63,239 bases of DNA from Candidatus Bathyarchaeota archaeon (GCA_005881695.1 VBBT01000113.1:1-63239); one strand, 5' to 3'. Numbered from the stretch's first letter, positions 24,764-35,199 are shown. Notes: generated by a model not told the origin, from the sequence alone. Translations and numbers: made by a program.

Positions 24764-26662
24764 ATAGATTATCGAGCCGTAGGCCTCAAGGTCGGCGTCG
24801 AGATACACCGACAACTCGACACTGAGCACAAGCTCTTCTGCGACTGTCCAACCCTTCTATCAATAAAGCCACCCACAGTCACCTTCGAAAGGAGACTTCG
24901 GCCTACACAAAGTGAGCTAGGCCAAATTGACCCCGCCGCCCTCTTCGAGTTCCACAAGGGCAAGACCATCACTTACGAGGCGGACCCGGAAACCACCTGC
25001 CTCGTGGAACTGGACGAGGAACCTCCCCACCTCTTGAACCCGGAAGCATTGGATGTCGCCCTTACCATGAGTATGCTTCTACACGCAAAGCCGATGGATG
25101 AGATTCACGTTATGCGAAAGGTCGTTATTGACGGGTCCAACACAACCGGATTCCAGCGAACAGCTGTCATCGCACTCAACGGGTCCATAACAGTAGACGG
25201 AGTAGAAGTACCAATAGAACAAGTAACGCTCGAAGAAGATGCGGGGCGAAAAACAGGCGACACGAAGACCTCAGCAGTCTTCCGCCTCGATCGGCTCGGA
25301 GTTCCACTGATAGAAGTCTCAACTGGACCAATAATCCACGACCCAGAACAAGCCGGAAAAGTTGCATTCGCCATTGGCGGCATTCTCCGGGCAACCAAGA
25401 AGGTAAAGCGAGGTCTAGGAAGTATTCGACAGGACCTTAACGTATCGATTAAGGATGGCGCCCTCGTCGAGGTCAAGGGGGTTCAGGAGCTCGAACTCGT
25501 TTCTAAGGCTGTAGGCTACGAGGTTCAGAGACAGCTCGGGCTTCTCGAGGTCAGAGATGAACTCCGGCAGAGGAACGTCAAGGCTTCGGATATCAAAGAT
25601 GAATTCGTTGACGTCACGAGTATTCTCTCAGGTTCCGAATCGAAGATCGTCCAATCCACTCTCAATCAAGGAGGAGTCGCGCTGGCAGTCAAACTTTCCA
25701 GTTTCAAGGGACTCCTCAAACGCGAACTCATCCCCAACATTCGGCTCGGAACAGAGATGGCCAAGCGCGCCGTCTTCTGGGGTAGGGTCGGGGGAATTTT
25801 TCATTCAGACGAGCTTCCTGCTTATGGAATTGATTCGAGTCATGTAGAAGAGGTCGCGAAGAGCCTCGGATGTGGAGAACTTGATGGGTTCGTTATTGTA
25901 GCGGACAATCTCGACAATGCGAAAGACGGATTGAGGGCAGTTGTAGAACGTGCTCGGGAGGCCGCGGAACGAATTCCAGAAGAAACACGGGCGGCAAACC
26001 CTGACGGGACCACTGTCTATCTGCGCCCAAGGCCTGGAGCTGCGAGAATGTATCCAGAGACTGATGTCCCACCGGTTCAAATCGGCGAGGGCCGACTTGA
26101 ACGACTTTGGGAGAACCTTCCCCGAATGCCGGAAGAGCTAGCGAAAGAGCTGGAGACAAAGCATAGTCTCAGCCCCAAGCTAGCCACTCAGCTCGTGGAT
26201 TCCGATTATCTTCCCGCTTTCGAGGAAATTGTCGCGGGAGCAAAAAGCGTCGCACCCAGCTTCGTCGCAACAATCCTTACGGAATCTCTGAGAAGCCTGC
26301 AAAGGGAACAAGTGCCCGTGGAAAACGTGCGGGAAGACCAGCTCAAACAAGCGTTCGACCTAGTTTCCAAGGGTGAAACCGCGAAAGAGTCTGTTCTGGA
26401 CGTTCTCAGATGGCTTGCATTCCATCCAGATGGAGCCGCCGAAGAAGCGGTGGAAATGCTAAACCTCCGAATGCTGACCAAGTCGGACCTAGAGAATATC
26501 ATCAGCAAAGTTGTTGAATCGAATCAAACCCTGGTTCAAGATAACGGTGCCAAAGCTCTCGGAAGAATGATGAACCTAGTAATGGGCGAGGTGAGGGGAC
26601 GAGCCGACCCTCGACGGGTCACTGAGCTGCTTAGGACCCGTTTGGAACAGGTCAAAGCATGA
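24764..26662 (+). CDS. gatE: Glutamyl-tRNA(Gln) amidotransferase subunit E
   Basis: The first ATG/GTG/TTG is GTG 25004. However the conserved GatE N-terminus (DYRAVGLKVGVEIHRQLDTEHKLFCDCP...CLVELDEEPP) is encoded in frame from 24758. ATA 24764 sits where the initiator Met is expected. Confidence 0.85.
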   Translation: MDYRAVGLKVGVEIHRQLDTEHKLFCDCPTLLSIKPPTVTFERRLRPTQSELGQIDPAALFEFHKGKTITYEADPETTCLVELDEEPPHLLNPEALDVALTMSMLLHAKPMDEIHVMRKVVIDGSNTTGFQRTAVIALNGSITVDGVEVPIEQVTLEEDAGRKTGDTKTSAVFRLDRLGVPLIEVSTGPIIHDPEQAGKVAFAIGGILRATKKVKRGLGSIRQDLNVSIKDGALVEVKGVQELELVSKAVGYEVQRQLGLLEVRDELRQRNVKASDIKDEFVDVTSILSGSESKIVQSTLNQGGVALAVKLSSFKGLLKRELIPNIRLGTEMAKRAVFWGRVGGIFHSDELPAYGIDSSHVEEVAKSLGCGELDGFVIVADNLDNAKDGLRAVVERAREAAERIPEETRAANPDGTTVYLRPRPGAARMYPETDVPPVQIGEGRLERLWENLPRMPEELAKELETKHSLSPKLATQLVDSDYLPAFEEIVAGAKSVAPSFVATILTESLRSLQREQVPVENVREDQLKQAFDLVSKGETAKESVLDVLRWLAFHPDGAAEEAVEMLNLRMLTKSDLENIISKVVESNQTLVQDNGAKALGRMMNLVMGEVRGRADPRRVTELLRTRLEQVKA

Positions 26663-27138
26663 CAGGCACGAAAGACGAGTTGAAGGTCGAAGATATTGCC
26701 CTTGACGATCTCGATAAGAAGATTCTTCACTGGTATCTCATTGACGCTCGCCTCTCCTACAGAGAGCTAGCGCACAAGCTAGGCGTCTCCACAACCACAG
26801 TCCAATCGAGAACCGCAAAACTGGAGAAGGCGGGAATCATACGCGGCTACTCGGCCATGTTCGACCATGACAAGATCGGCTTCCAGCTCACCGCCATCAC
26901 AGAGGTGAGCGTCGCCAAAGGCAAGCTGCTCGAGCTGGAGAAGGAGGTCGCCAAGATGCCTCAGGTGCTAGCAGTATACGATGTTACAGGACTCACCGAT
27001 GCGATGGTTATCGCGAAATTCAAGAGCCGAGACGACCTGAGCAAGTTCACTAAAGCTCTTCTAGCCATGCCCTTCGTGGAACGAACGAACACCCACATCG
27101 TCCTCACGACTGTAAAGGAAGATTTTCGTTTGCTCTAA
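26659..27138 (+). CDS. Lrp/AsnC-family transcriptional regulator
   Basis: HTH_AsnC N-terminus (LDKKILHWYLIDARLSYRELAHKLGVSTTTV) plus a RAM domain. ATGA overlap with gatE. Confidence 0.85.
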   Translation: MTGTKDELKVEDIALDDLDKKILHWYLIDARLSYRELAHKLGVSTTTVQSRTAKLEKAGIIRGYSAMFDHDKIGFQLTAITEVSVAKGKLLELEKEVAKMPQVLAVYDVTGLTDAMVIAKFKSRDDLSKFTKALLAMPFVERTNTHIVLTTVKEDFRLL

Positions 27139-27974
27139 TCGGACCTTAGACGCGTGGCTTCCTTAAAAGATTGAACGGTCTTCTTCAGCTGAGTCTCCAC
27201 CTCACTCGGATCATCGAGATGGTTTCCAATGATTCTGACCAAAGCGCTTCCCACAATTGCCCCGTCAGCTCCGGACTGGATGACGGCGGAAACGTGTTCC
27301 GGTTGCGAGATACCAAATCCAGCGGAAATCGGGATCTTTCCTCTCGCCAAGGACTTAACAGTCTTGACCGCTTCGAGCGCTTGTGGGCTGAGCGAGTCCC
27401 GAGGACCCGTAACACCATAGAGTGACACGAGATAGAGGAAACCCTTCGACTTGTCGAGAACGGTTCGCAATCTAGTCCGAGAAGTGTTTGGTGCTGCTAG
27501 GTAGATGTTATCGATATTGTGTTTCAGGGCAACGTTTCTGAATTCGTCGCTCTCTTCAACAGGCAAATCCGGGACGACGATCCCATCAACACCACTTTCA
27601 CGGGCTTTAGTTAGGAAGCGGTCCAAGCCCATCGCAAGAATAGGATTGTAGTAACTCAGAACGACAAACGGGACAGGAGACTGCGATGAGAGTTCTCGGA
27701 TCAAACCCAGGATTCCTTTAGGCGTGGCTCCTTGGGATAAGGCCCGCATGCTAGAAGCCTGGATCACTGGTCCGTCGGCTATTGGATCTGAGAATGGAAT
27801 TCCGACTTCAACAATGTCCGCTCCACCTTCTATCAAGGCCGTAGAATTAGCCAAGAATGCTTTCGGGTCCGGGTCGCCGCCTGTCAGGTAAGTGATCAAC
27901 GCTCCCTCTCGGTGGCTATGAAGTTCTCGGAACTTCGCCTCTATCCTGTCGTCATTGGGCAATGTGCTTGGCAA
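27135..27974 (-). CDS. trpA: Tryptophan synthase alpha chain
   Basis: 279 aa. Motifs [26 protein letters not shown] and GFGIS. Confidence 0.9.
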   Translation of the reverse strand: MPSTLPNDDRIEAKFRELHSHREGALITYLTGGDPDPKAFLANSTALIEGGADIVEVGIPFSDPIADGPVIQASSMRALSQGATPKGILGLIRELSSQSPVPFVVLSYYNPILAMGLDRFLTKARESGVDGIVVPDLPVEESDEFRNVALKHNIDNIYLAAPNTSRTRLRTVLDKSKGFLYLVSLYGVTGPRDSLSPQALEAVKTVKSLARGKIPISAGFGISQPEHVSAVIQSGADGAIVGSALVRIIGNHLDDPSEVETQLKKTVQSFKEATRLRSD

Positions 27975-29154
27975 TTATCTCCACATCCTTGTCGCCTCTG
28001 CCTGAAAGGTTGACGAGGATCGAATCCTTTGTCGCGAGGCTCTTCGCCAGCTTCATCGCGTAACTGATAGCGTGGGCCGATTCTAGAGCCGGCATGATCC
28101 CCTCCAGTTGGGAGAGAGTCTTGAAGGCGTCCAAAGCTTCCTCATCGGACACGGTAACATACTTGGCTCGCCCCTCGTTCATCAAGAAGGCGTGTTCCGG
28201 CCCAACCCCGGGATAGTCAAGCCCGGCTGAAATACTCCGGGTCGTCTGCACTTGTCCCGCTTCGTCCTGCAGAACATAGGTCATCATGCCATGCAGGACC
28301 CCTTCGCGTCCGGCAACCAACGGTGCCGCGTTTTGTCCCGGCGACAAACTTTCCCCGCCAGCCTCGACTCCGTAAAGGTTGACATCCAGGTCGTGCAAAA
28401 ACGAATGGAAGATTCCGATCGAATTGCTTCCCCCACCGACGCACGCAACAACAGCCTTAGGGAGTTTACCGTCTGCTTGTAGGATCTGCTTCCGCGCCTC
28501 CTTCCCGATCACGCTCTGAAAGTCCCGGACCATCGTCGGGTAAGGATGTGGGCCCACAACCGATCCCAGAAGATAGTACGTCTCCTGAACGTTTGTAACC
28601 CAGTCCCTCAACGCTTCATTGATCGCATCCTTCAAGGTCCTGGACCCGGACTCAACTGGATGCACCTTGGCGCCGAGCATCTTCATCCTGTACACGTTCA
28701 ATTTCTGTCGGTCCATGTCCTCACTTCCCATGTAGACCTCAGCCCCCAACCCTAGAGCTGCACAAGCCATAGCAGTAGCAACCCCATGCTGTCCCGCCCC
28801 TGTTTCAGCAATGATCCTCCGCTTCCCCATTTTCTTAGCAAGGAGAGCTTGGCCGAGAGTATTGTTGATCTTGTGCGCGCCACCATGCAAGAGATCCTCT
28901 CTCTTCAGGTAGATTCTGGCCCCTCCAACGTGGCGAGTCAGATTGGCAGCAAGGTACAGTGGCGTAGGTCTGCCGGCGAAGGTATCAAGCCAGCCCGCCA
29001 ACTCTTTCTTGAAGGAGGGGTCGTGGGAGAACTTGTTGTATGCCTCCTCAAGTGCCCTGAGTGGCTCCATCAAGGTCTCAGGGACATACTGCCCGCCGTA
29101 TTTTCCGAACTTGCCTGGTTTCGAACCTGTTCTAGATTCTGCGTGTTTCTTCAA
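27952..29154 (-). CDS. trpB: Tryptophan synthase beta chain
   Basis: Motifs [26 protein letters not shown] and GGGSN. Confidence 0.95.
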   Translation of the reverse strand: MKKHAESRTGSKPGKFGKYGGQYVPETLMEPLRALEEAYNKFSHDPSFKKELAGWLDTFAGRPTPLYLAANLTRHVGGARIYLKREDLLHGGAHKINNTLGQALLAKKMGKRRIIAETGAGQHGVATAMACAALGLGAEVYMGSEDMDRQKLNVYRMKMLGAKVHPVESGSRTLKDAINEALRDWVTNVQETYYLLGSVVGPHPYPTMVRDFQSVIGKEARKQILQADGKLPKAVVACVGGGSNSIGIFHSFLHDLDVNLYGVEAGGESLSPGQNAAPLVAGREGVLHGMMTYVLQDEAGQVQTTRSISAGLDYPGVGPEHAFLMNEGRAKYVTVSDEEALDAFKTLSQLEGIMPALESAHAISYAMKLAKSLATKDSILVNLSGRGDKDVEIIAKHIAQ

Positions 29155-29936
29155 GAGTTAACCAGCTCCCTGACCTTGCCCTCTATGTCAAACGATCTCA
29201 TTATCGAAGTTCCAACAAGAAAAGCCTCCGCGCCCGCGGCCTTGAGCCGTATAATGTCCCGCGGGGATTCTATCCCGCTTTCAGAAACAATCGGCCTATC
29301 AACATCAACATTCTCTGCAAGGATCTTCTCGGTAGTCGAGAGGTCCAACTGGAAAGTAGACAGATTACGGTTGTTGATACCGTAGAGGTCAGGCCTGAAT
29401 CTCCGAAGGCTCTCAAACTCGCTAGCGCTGTTCGCCTCCACTAAGACCTCCAGTCCAAGCCGATTAGCTTCAAGAATCATACTATCAAGCCCAATATTGG
29501 ACAATTTCCTGCTGAAGATTTCGGAAATGAAGACCACTGCACTGGCTCCTGCCCTCCGTCCAGCCTGGAGTTGCTTCGGCGACACTACGATGTCTTTCAT
29601 TATCGTCGGCACTTGTACTTCCTTACTGATCGTAACCAGAGTGTCTAAATTGCCATCAAAGTTTTCGGGGTCCGTAAGGACCGAGAGCGCACATGCTCCG
29701 CCATTCAGCATTGCTTTTGCAATCAGGAGTGGGTTTTCAGATTCTCTGATCTTTCCAGCTGATGGGGAGGCGTATTTGATCTCCGTGATGACCGGCGTCT
29801 TTTTGCTTTCTTGGATTGCTTTGACCAAGCCTCTGTGCGACGCGTTCGCGGTTCCACCGTTGTCGTAGTAGCCTCGTTTGACTCTAGCTCTGGCCTTTGC
29901 AGCGAGCTCGGGCAAGTGGTCAACCAAGAACGTCAA
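29151..29936 (-). CDS. trpC: Indole-3-glycerol-phosphate synthase
   Basis: EIKYASPS and SVLTD motifs. 261 aa, so no fused TrpF domain. Confidence 0.85.
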   Translation of the reverse strand: MTFLVDHLPELAAKARARVKRGYYDNGGTANASHRGLVKAIQESKKTPVITEIKYASPSAGKIRESENPLLIAKAMLNGGACALSVLTDPENFDGNLDTLVTISKEVQVPTIMKDIVVSPKQLQAGRRAGASAVVFISEIFSRKLSNIGLDSMILEANRLGLEVLVEANSASEFESLRRFRPDLYGINNRNLSTFQLDLSTTEKILAENVDVDRPIVSESGIESPRDIIRLKAAGAEAFLVGTSIMRSFDIEGKVRELVNS

Positions 29937-30982
29937 GCCAGATTCTTGAGCCGGTGAGTGTCTCCACCCGAGAACTCTACAAGCTGATACAGTGTTTGGA
30001 ACGGCTTTCCATCACTCACGACTTTGGAAGCTATCTCGACTCCCTCTCTGAAGCTCTCGGCTCTTTCACAAAGGACCAGCCCTGCCGCCGCGTTCGCCAA
30101 AACCATTTGGACGCGGGGGTCATTATGTCCGAGATGTCCGGATAGGATCTTTGCTGTAAGGCGTGCGTTCTCCTCCGGGTCCGAGCCCGCAACCTCCTCA
30201 GCTGCGCTTCTCTTGAAGCCCAAATCTTCGGGCTCCACCTCGTCTCGGAATATTCTTCCGTGTTGACGCCTTACAATGATTGTTTTACCCGTCATGGAGA
30301 TCTCATCGACTCCGTCGAGCCCATAGACAGTCATCACGGATTTCGCTCCCAAGTTGTGGGCTGCGAGGCACATAGGCTCTAGAAGCTCACTGTCGTAGAC
30401 TCCGATCAGCTGAGCGTTTGCGCCTGCTGGGTTCGTTAGGGGGCCGAGGATGTTGAATACTGTGCGTACTCCTATCTCGCGTCTCACCGAGGCTACGTTT
30501 TTCATCGCCGGATGGAAGTTGGGTGCGAACATGAACCCGATTCCGATCTCTTCGATCGCTCGCTCGACCAACTCTGCTTCCATGTTCAGGTTCAGACCCA
30601 ATTGTTCGAGAACGTCCGCGCTTCCGCACTTGCTTGTGAACGATCGATTGCCATGTTTTGCCACCGGAACACCGGCTGCCGCGATTACGAAAGCCGCGGT
30701 GGTGCTTACGTTGAACGTTTTCGTTCTATCCCCGCCGGTCCCGCAAGTATCCAATAGGTAGCTGTTTATTTTCGGGTGGATTCTACTGCTGAATTCCCTC
30801 ATTACCTGCGCTAGGGCAGTGACTTCGTCAGCTGTTTCCCGCTTCTTCTTCAATCCTATCAGAAAGGCTGCGACCTGCGAAGACGTCGCCTCTCCAGACA
30901 TGATTTCCTTCATTGTAGCCTTCGCCTGGTCGGACGTCAACTCGTGGTTCTCGAGGAGAAGCGGGATGCATTCCTTGATCAT
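29933..30982 (-). CDS. trpD: Anthranilate phosphoribosyltransferase
   Basis: DTCGTGGD and KHGNRS motifs. Confidence 0.9.
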   Translation of the reverse strand: MIKECIPLLLENHELTSDQAKATMKEIMSGEATSSQVAAFLIGLKKKRETADEVTALAQVMREFSSRIHPKINSYLLDTCGTGGDRTKTFNVSTTAAFVIAAAGVPVAKHGNRSFTSKCGSADVLEQLGLNLNMEAELVERAIEEIGIGFMFAPNFHPAMKNVASVRREIGVRTVFNILGPLTNPAGANAQLIGVYDSELLEPMCLAAHNLGAKSVMTVYGLDGVDEISMTGKTIIVRRQHGRIFRDEVEPEDLGFKRSAAEEVAGSDPEENARLTAKILSGHLGHNDPRVQMVLANAAAGLVLCERAESFREGVEIASKVVSDGKPFQTLYQLVEFSGGDTHRLKNLA

Positions 30983-30987
30983 CCTGT

Positions 30988-31635
30988 TCAGTCCTCCAGG
31001 AAGTTCTCGATGATCCGATGCCCCGGCAGAGTAAGGATAGACTCGGGGTGGAACTGAACGCCTTCAATGGGGAACTCTTTGTGGCGGACGCCCATTATCT
31101 CATTGTCATCGACAGACTGCGCGGTCACTTCGAGGCTTTTCGGTAGGCTCTTTCTTTCCGCGACAAGCGAATGATATCTCGTAGCCTCGAAAGGACTCTT
31201 CACTCCACGAAGGACCCCTTTTCCATCGTGTCTAATTGGGCTGGTCTTGCCGTGGCGAAGTCTTCTCGCTCGAATTATCCCGCCACCGAACGCGTGAACA
31301 ATCCCTTGATGTCCCAAGCAGACGCCCAGAGTCGGGGTTTCGCTACTCACTTCTCGGATGATAGTCGTGCACGTCCCAAAGTACCGGCTATTGCTGGGAG
31401 TGCCAGGGCCGGGGGAGATTATGATCCTGTCAGGTGAGAGTTCCTTGACGCCTGCGACATCAACCCCATCGTTCCGTTTCACGACAACCTTGTCTGCAAT
31501 CTCACCCACGTACTGGGCTAGGTTGTAGACGAAGCTGTCGTAGTTGTCGAGGATCAGAACCTTCAGCGGTCTTCCTCCTGGGCTTGATCCATAGCCGTAA
31601 ACAATGCAGCCGTCTTCCTCTCCGACTCGATCCAC
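30988..31635 (-). CDS. trpG: Anthranilate synthase component II (glutamine amidotransferase)
   Basis: ILDNYDSFVYNL, GVCLGHQ and FHPES motifs. The ATG at 31635 gives a 24-aa extension. The CTG at 31566 (CTGA overlap with the trpE stop, AGGAGG 7 nt upstream) gives the consensus N-terminus MKVLILDNYDSF. Confidence 0.85.
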   Translation of the reverse strand: MDRVGEEDGCIVYGYGSSPGGRPLKVLILDNYDSFVYNLAQYVGEIADKVVVKRNDGVDVAGVKELSPDRIIISPGPGTPSNSRYFGTCTTIIREVSSETPTLGVCLGHQGIVHAFGGGIIRARRLRHGKTSPIRHDGKGVLRGVKSPFEATRYHSLVAERKSLPKSLEVTAQSVDDNEIMGVRHKEFPIEGVQFHPESILTLPGHRIIENFLED

Positions 31636-32924
31636 TCCCGGTCAGGGACCGAATCCGCAACTATCCCGGCTCCGGACTGGAGGTAGCAGTACCCGTCTTG
31701 GGCGGATAGGGTCCTGATTGTTATCGCAAAATCAGAGCTTCCATTCGCAGAGAAGTAGCCTACCGCTCCTGCGTAAGGACCCCTCGCAGTGGTCTCCAGT
31801 TGCTCGATAATTTCCATGGCCCGAACCTTGGGGGCTCCTGAAACAGTTCCGGCAGGAAAAACAGCCTTGAACAAGTCGAAGCTAGTCGCGTTCTTTCTTA
31901 GTTGTCCTGTAACCTTGGAAACAATGTGTTGGACATGGCTGTAGCCCTGAACTCTCATAAACTCGGGAACCTTAACCGTTCCATACTCGCAGACTCTGCC
32001 AAGGTCATTCCTTGCCAAGTCCACGAGCATCACGTGTTCCGCTCGTTCCTTTTCGTCCTGAAGCAGCTCTGCCGCCAGTGCTTTGTTTCGCGCAGAATCC
32101 CCGGTGAATGGTCGCGTACCAGCGATAGGAAAGCTCTCAGCATTGCGACCGATTTTCCTGGCCAGCATCTCCGGGCTGGACCCGACTATTTCCCTGTCGC
32201 CAAACTTGAGATAGTACATGTACGGAGACGGATTGATCCTCCGCAGCGCCCGGTAGAACCGGAGGAGCGAGCCCTTGAACGGAATCTTGTACCTCTTCGA
32301 CAGAACTACCTGGAAAACATCCCCTGACTCAATGTAGTCCTTGGCCTCTTCGACTCGTTCGCAGAAATCCTCCTGGCTCACATTCGACTTCGGCTTGCCA
32401 AAACTAACCTGATCGTTGCCGGCAGAATCGTTCAGTAGTTCCTCTGCTTTTTCTATTCTGTTTTCTTTTCGGTAGAAGTAGTGTGTTTTGCCGCTGACGT
32501 GGTCGAAGACGATCCCATCTTCGAAAAGTCCGTATTCTAAATCGGGAAACCCGTTGCCTTTGTTTCCCAGTCTAGGAATTCTTTCAAAGGAACGCACGAG
32601 GTCGTAGGACGCGTATCCGACAAGGCCTCCGGCGTATCTTTCGCCGGCGCTTCGTTCCTTTACTGGGCTGTTGTGACTCGCTAGAATGGCAAGCGGATCT
32701 TCGCACTTTTCGATCCTCCTCTCAGATTTCTGACGGTCGTGGATCTCAGCTTGTTTTCTTGAGGTCCGAATGATCTTCTGTGGGTCGAATCCTAGGAACG
32801 TGTATCTGGTTAGGCGGCGCGGTCCTTCAACCGACTCGAGAATGAAGCACGTATCGAACTTGTATCTGATGGATGCGAAAACGTCGATTGGTTGTTTTCT
32901 AGTTTCTAGCGGAAGATAGTTCAG
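31563..32924 (-). CDS. trpE: Anthranilate synthase component I
   Basis: The chorismate-binding core (PYMYYL, GTRP, HLMLVDLARND, GAPK, PYAGAVGY) is present. The conserved N-terminal domain (PIDVF...FILESVEGPRRLTRYTFLGFDP) is encoded upstream of the first canonical start (GTG 32597). The frame is open to 32981 with no ATG/GTG/TTG, so the start is set provisionally at CTG 32924. Confidence 0.85.
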   Translation of the reverse strand: MNYLPLETRKQPIDVFASIRYKFDTCFILESVEGPRRLTRYTFLGFDPQKIIRTSRKQAEIHDRQKSERRIEKCEDPLAILASHNSPVKERSAGERYAGGLVGYASYDLVRSFERIPRLGNKGNGFPDLEYGLFEDGIVFDHVSGKTHYFYRKENRIEKAEELLNDSAGNDQVSFGKPKSNVSQEDFCERVEEAKDYIESGDVFQVVLSKRYKIPFKGSLLRFYRALRRINPSPYMYYLKFGDREIVGSSPEMLARKIGRNAESFPIAGTRPFTGDSARNKALAAELLQDEKERAEHVMLVDLARNDLGRVCEYGTVKVPEFMRVQGYSHVQHIVSKVTGQLRKNATSFDLFKAVFPAGTVSGAPKVRAMEIIEQLETTARGPYAGAVGYFSANGSSDFAITIRTLSAQDGYCYLQSGAGIVADSVPDREWIESERKTAALFTAMDQAQEEDR

Positions 32925-33006
32925 TCTGGTGGGGCGCGTTGTCAGCTGCTGTCCAAAGACTATACCCCATGGAGGTCGCCTTTACCTTCCTGCCCGTATG
33001 TCGCTT

Positions 33007-34092
33007 TTATAGCTTGCGTGACCACTTTTGTACATTCGATACAAGCCTCTTCTTCACACCGCTCGCCTGCTTAGATCTAATCTGGGCAAGATTGGTCGCA
33101 AGTTCAAGAAATTTCTGTCTGACGGGCGGGAGAAACGGATTCAACTGTTGAATTCCCACAATCACGTCCCAACCGTCGAGCATCCTGACAATCCTGCCTT
33201 CAGTCTCTCTAAGAGACTGAGTTCTAGGCTCTCCACCCATCCCATTCAGGCCTAGCCCTAGAGAGATCAGCGCAAAATGATGGAGGCCTTGGACGTAGGC
33301 CATGGCGCGGTCATGCTGTGCCGCTGACATTGTCTGAATCTTCGATCCACCACTCTGGAGTGCGCGAGATAGCCTGGTCCATTTCTGGCCTGGACTGTAT
33401 GGCACCGCAACAATGATCTGATCGTGAAGATGATCTACGCCGGGTCCAAAGAGAGGATGCAAGCTCACGTATTCCAGTCCTTTCGGGATTTTTTCTGCAA
33501 CTCTGTCCGATATTCCAGTCTTGACCGACGAGAGATCAGCAAGGAGGCTGCCGGTTGTCATAAGAGACGCTGTTTCAGTCGCAACCCTGACAGTTTCCTC
33601 CATCGGCACCGACAGGATCACCATGTCCGAAGAAGCTGCGTCCAGGATTGTTCCCGGTTCGACTTCCATCTCCTTGGCAGCTGTTCGAGTCTTGCTGATC
33701 TCTCGACCAGCCAGCTTGACTTTCGCCCCGTGGAGGCTGGAGAACCGGGCGAAGAAACGCCCCATCCCGCCAGTTCCGCCCACTATCAGGATTCTTGTCT
33801 GGTCAAGTCTCTTCGCGGACTTTTCAGGCTGGTCTCGCTGGGCCTGGACACTGAAGGTGAAAATCTGCTCGAATATTGGCTGTATGAGCTTCGGATCGAG
33901 GTCCAGTGATGTGGCTGCGCGTTCTATCTTTCGGAGGATGATTTTCTCTCGCTCGGGATCGCGATACTCGAGATGTCTCTGCTGCTTGATACGTCCAAGG
34001 AGCCTAGCGTTCTCGTATCTGTTCTTGAGAAGCTTAACTATTTCTTGGTCTAGCTCGTCTATCCTATCCCGAATCCTAGATACGTCGTCCAT
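33007..34092 (-). CDS. tyrA: Bifunctional chorismate mutase / prephenate dehydrogenase
   Basis: N-terminal AroQ-type CM helix (IRDRIDELDQEIVKLLKNR), then a Rossmann motif IVGGTGGMG and a PDH core. Confidence 0.85.
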   Translation of the reverse strand: MDDVSRIRDRIDELDQEIVKLLKNRYENARLLGRIKQQRHLEYRDPEREKIILRKIERAATSLDLDPKLIQPIFEQIFTFSVQAQRDQPEKSAKRLDQTRILIVGGTGGMGRFFARFSSLHGAKVKLAGREISKTRTAAKEMEVEPGTILDAASSDMVILSVPMEETVRVATETASLMTTGSLLADLSSVKTGISDRVAEKIPKGLEYVSLHPLFGPGVDHLHDQIIVAVPYSPGQKWTRLSRALQSGGSKIQTMSAAQHDRAMAYVQGLHHFALISLGLGLNGMGGEPRTQSLRETEGRIVRMLDGWDVIVGIQQLNPFLPPVRQKFLELATNLAQIRSKQASGVKKRLVSNVQKWSRKL

Positions 34093-34098
34093 TGAGAG

Positions 34099-35199
34099 TT
34101 AGCTCTTCAGGACCCGAGGAATCATTCCGCCGCGGATCATCAAATCCGCTAGTCCTATCGCCACCATGCCTTGGACGACGGGGACGGCCTTGGGGACTAC
34201 GCATGGGTCGTGTCTTCCTTTGACCCCGAGCTTAGCCTCTTCCATTTGGGATACGTTCACGGTCTTTTGCTCCTTAGCGATTGACGATGGTGGTTTGAAA
34301 GCAACCCTGAGTAGTAGAGGCATTCCGGTCGACATTCCGCCCAGAACTCCTCCGGAATTATTGGTTAGCGTGACCACTTTTCCCTCTTTGATAACGTACT
34401 GGTCGTTGTTTTCGGATCCCTTCAGATGACTTGCCTGGAATCCGGCTCCAAATTCGACTCCTTTGACTGCGGGGATTCCGAAAAGTATCTTGGCGAGTTC
34501 CGAGTCGATGGCGTCAAAGAGTGGCTCACCAACGCCCACGGGAAGGTTTAGCGCTGTACACTCGACGACTCCTCCGACACTGTCCCCATCGGCTTTTGCG
34601 TTTATCACTGCTTGCCGCATTTTCTCCGCGATCACCGGATCTGGGCACCTCATCGAGTTCTCGTACGTGCCTTTCTTGACAGCTTCATTACTGGGAGGGC
34701 TATCCAATCGAACTCCGTCGATAGCCTGGGTGTAGGCGAGGACCTCCACTCCAAACGAGGAAAGAAGTTTCTGGGCGATTGCTCCAGCGGCGACGAATGC
34801 TGCGGTCATTCTTCCTGAGAGTCTTCCGCCTCCTCGGTAGTCGCTGAAACCACCATACTTCACCTTCGCCGGATAATCTGCGTGTCCAGGCCGAACAAGG
34901 TCTTTCATAGGCTCATAATCAGAGGATCTCACGTCCTTGTTTCGGATGTGCAAAGTCACCGGCGCCCCTGTCGTATGGTCCTGGAATACTCCAGAGAATA
35001 GCTCTACAGCATCAGGCTCCCGACGTGCAGAGACAACTTCTTTCTCTTGCGGGATTCGCAAGTCCAATGCCTGTTGAATATCATCGAGCGTCAACGAGAG
35101 TCCGGCCGGGCAACCGTCCACAGTAACGCCTACCACAGGGCCGTGGCTTTCTCCGAAACAGGTAACAACGAGGGCTTTGCCGATGGAATTACTCCACAC
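34099..35199 (-). CDS. aroC: Chorismate synthase
   Basis: Motifs FGESHGP, GRSSARET-like (GGGRLSGRMTAA) and KGRHDPCV. Confidence 0.9.
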   Translation of the reverse strand: MWSNSIGKALVVTCFGESHGPVVGVTVDGCPAGLSLTLDDIQQALDLRIPQEKEVVSARREPDAVELFSGVFQDHTTGAPVTLHIRNKDVRSSDYEPMKDLVRPGHADYPAKVKYGGFSDYRGGGRLSGRMTAAFVAAGAIAQKLLSSFGVEVLAYTQAIDGVRLDSPPSNEAVKKGTYENSMRCPDPVIAEKMRQAVINAKADGDSVGGVVECTALNLPVGVGEPLFDAIDSELAKILFGIPAVKGVEFGAGFQASHLKGSENNDQYVIKEGKVVTLTNNSGGVLGGMSTGMPLLLRVAFKPPSSIAKEQKTVNVSQMEEAKLGVKGRHDPCVVPKAVPVVQGMVAIGLADLMIRGGMIPRVLKS

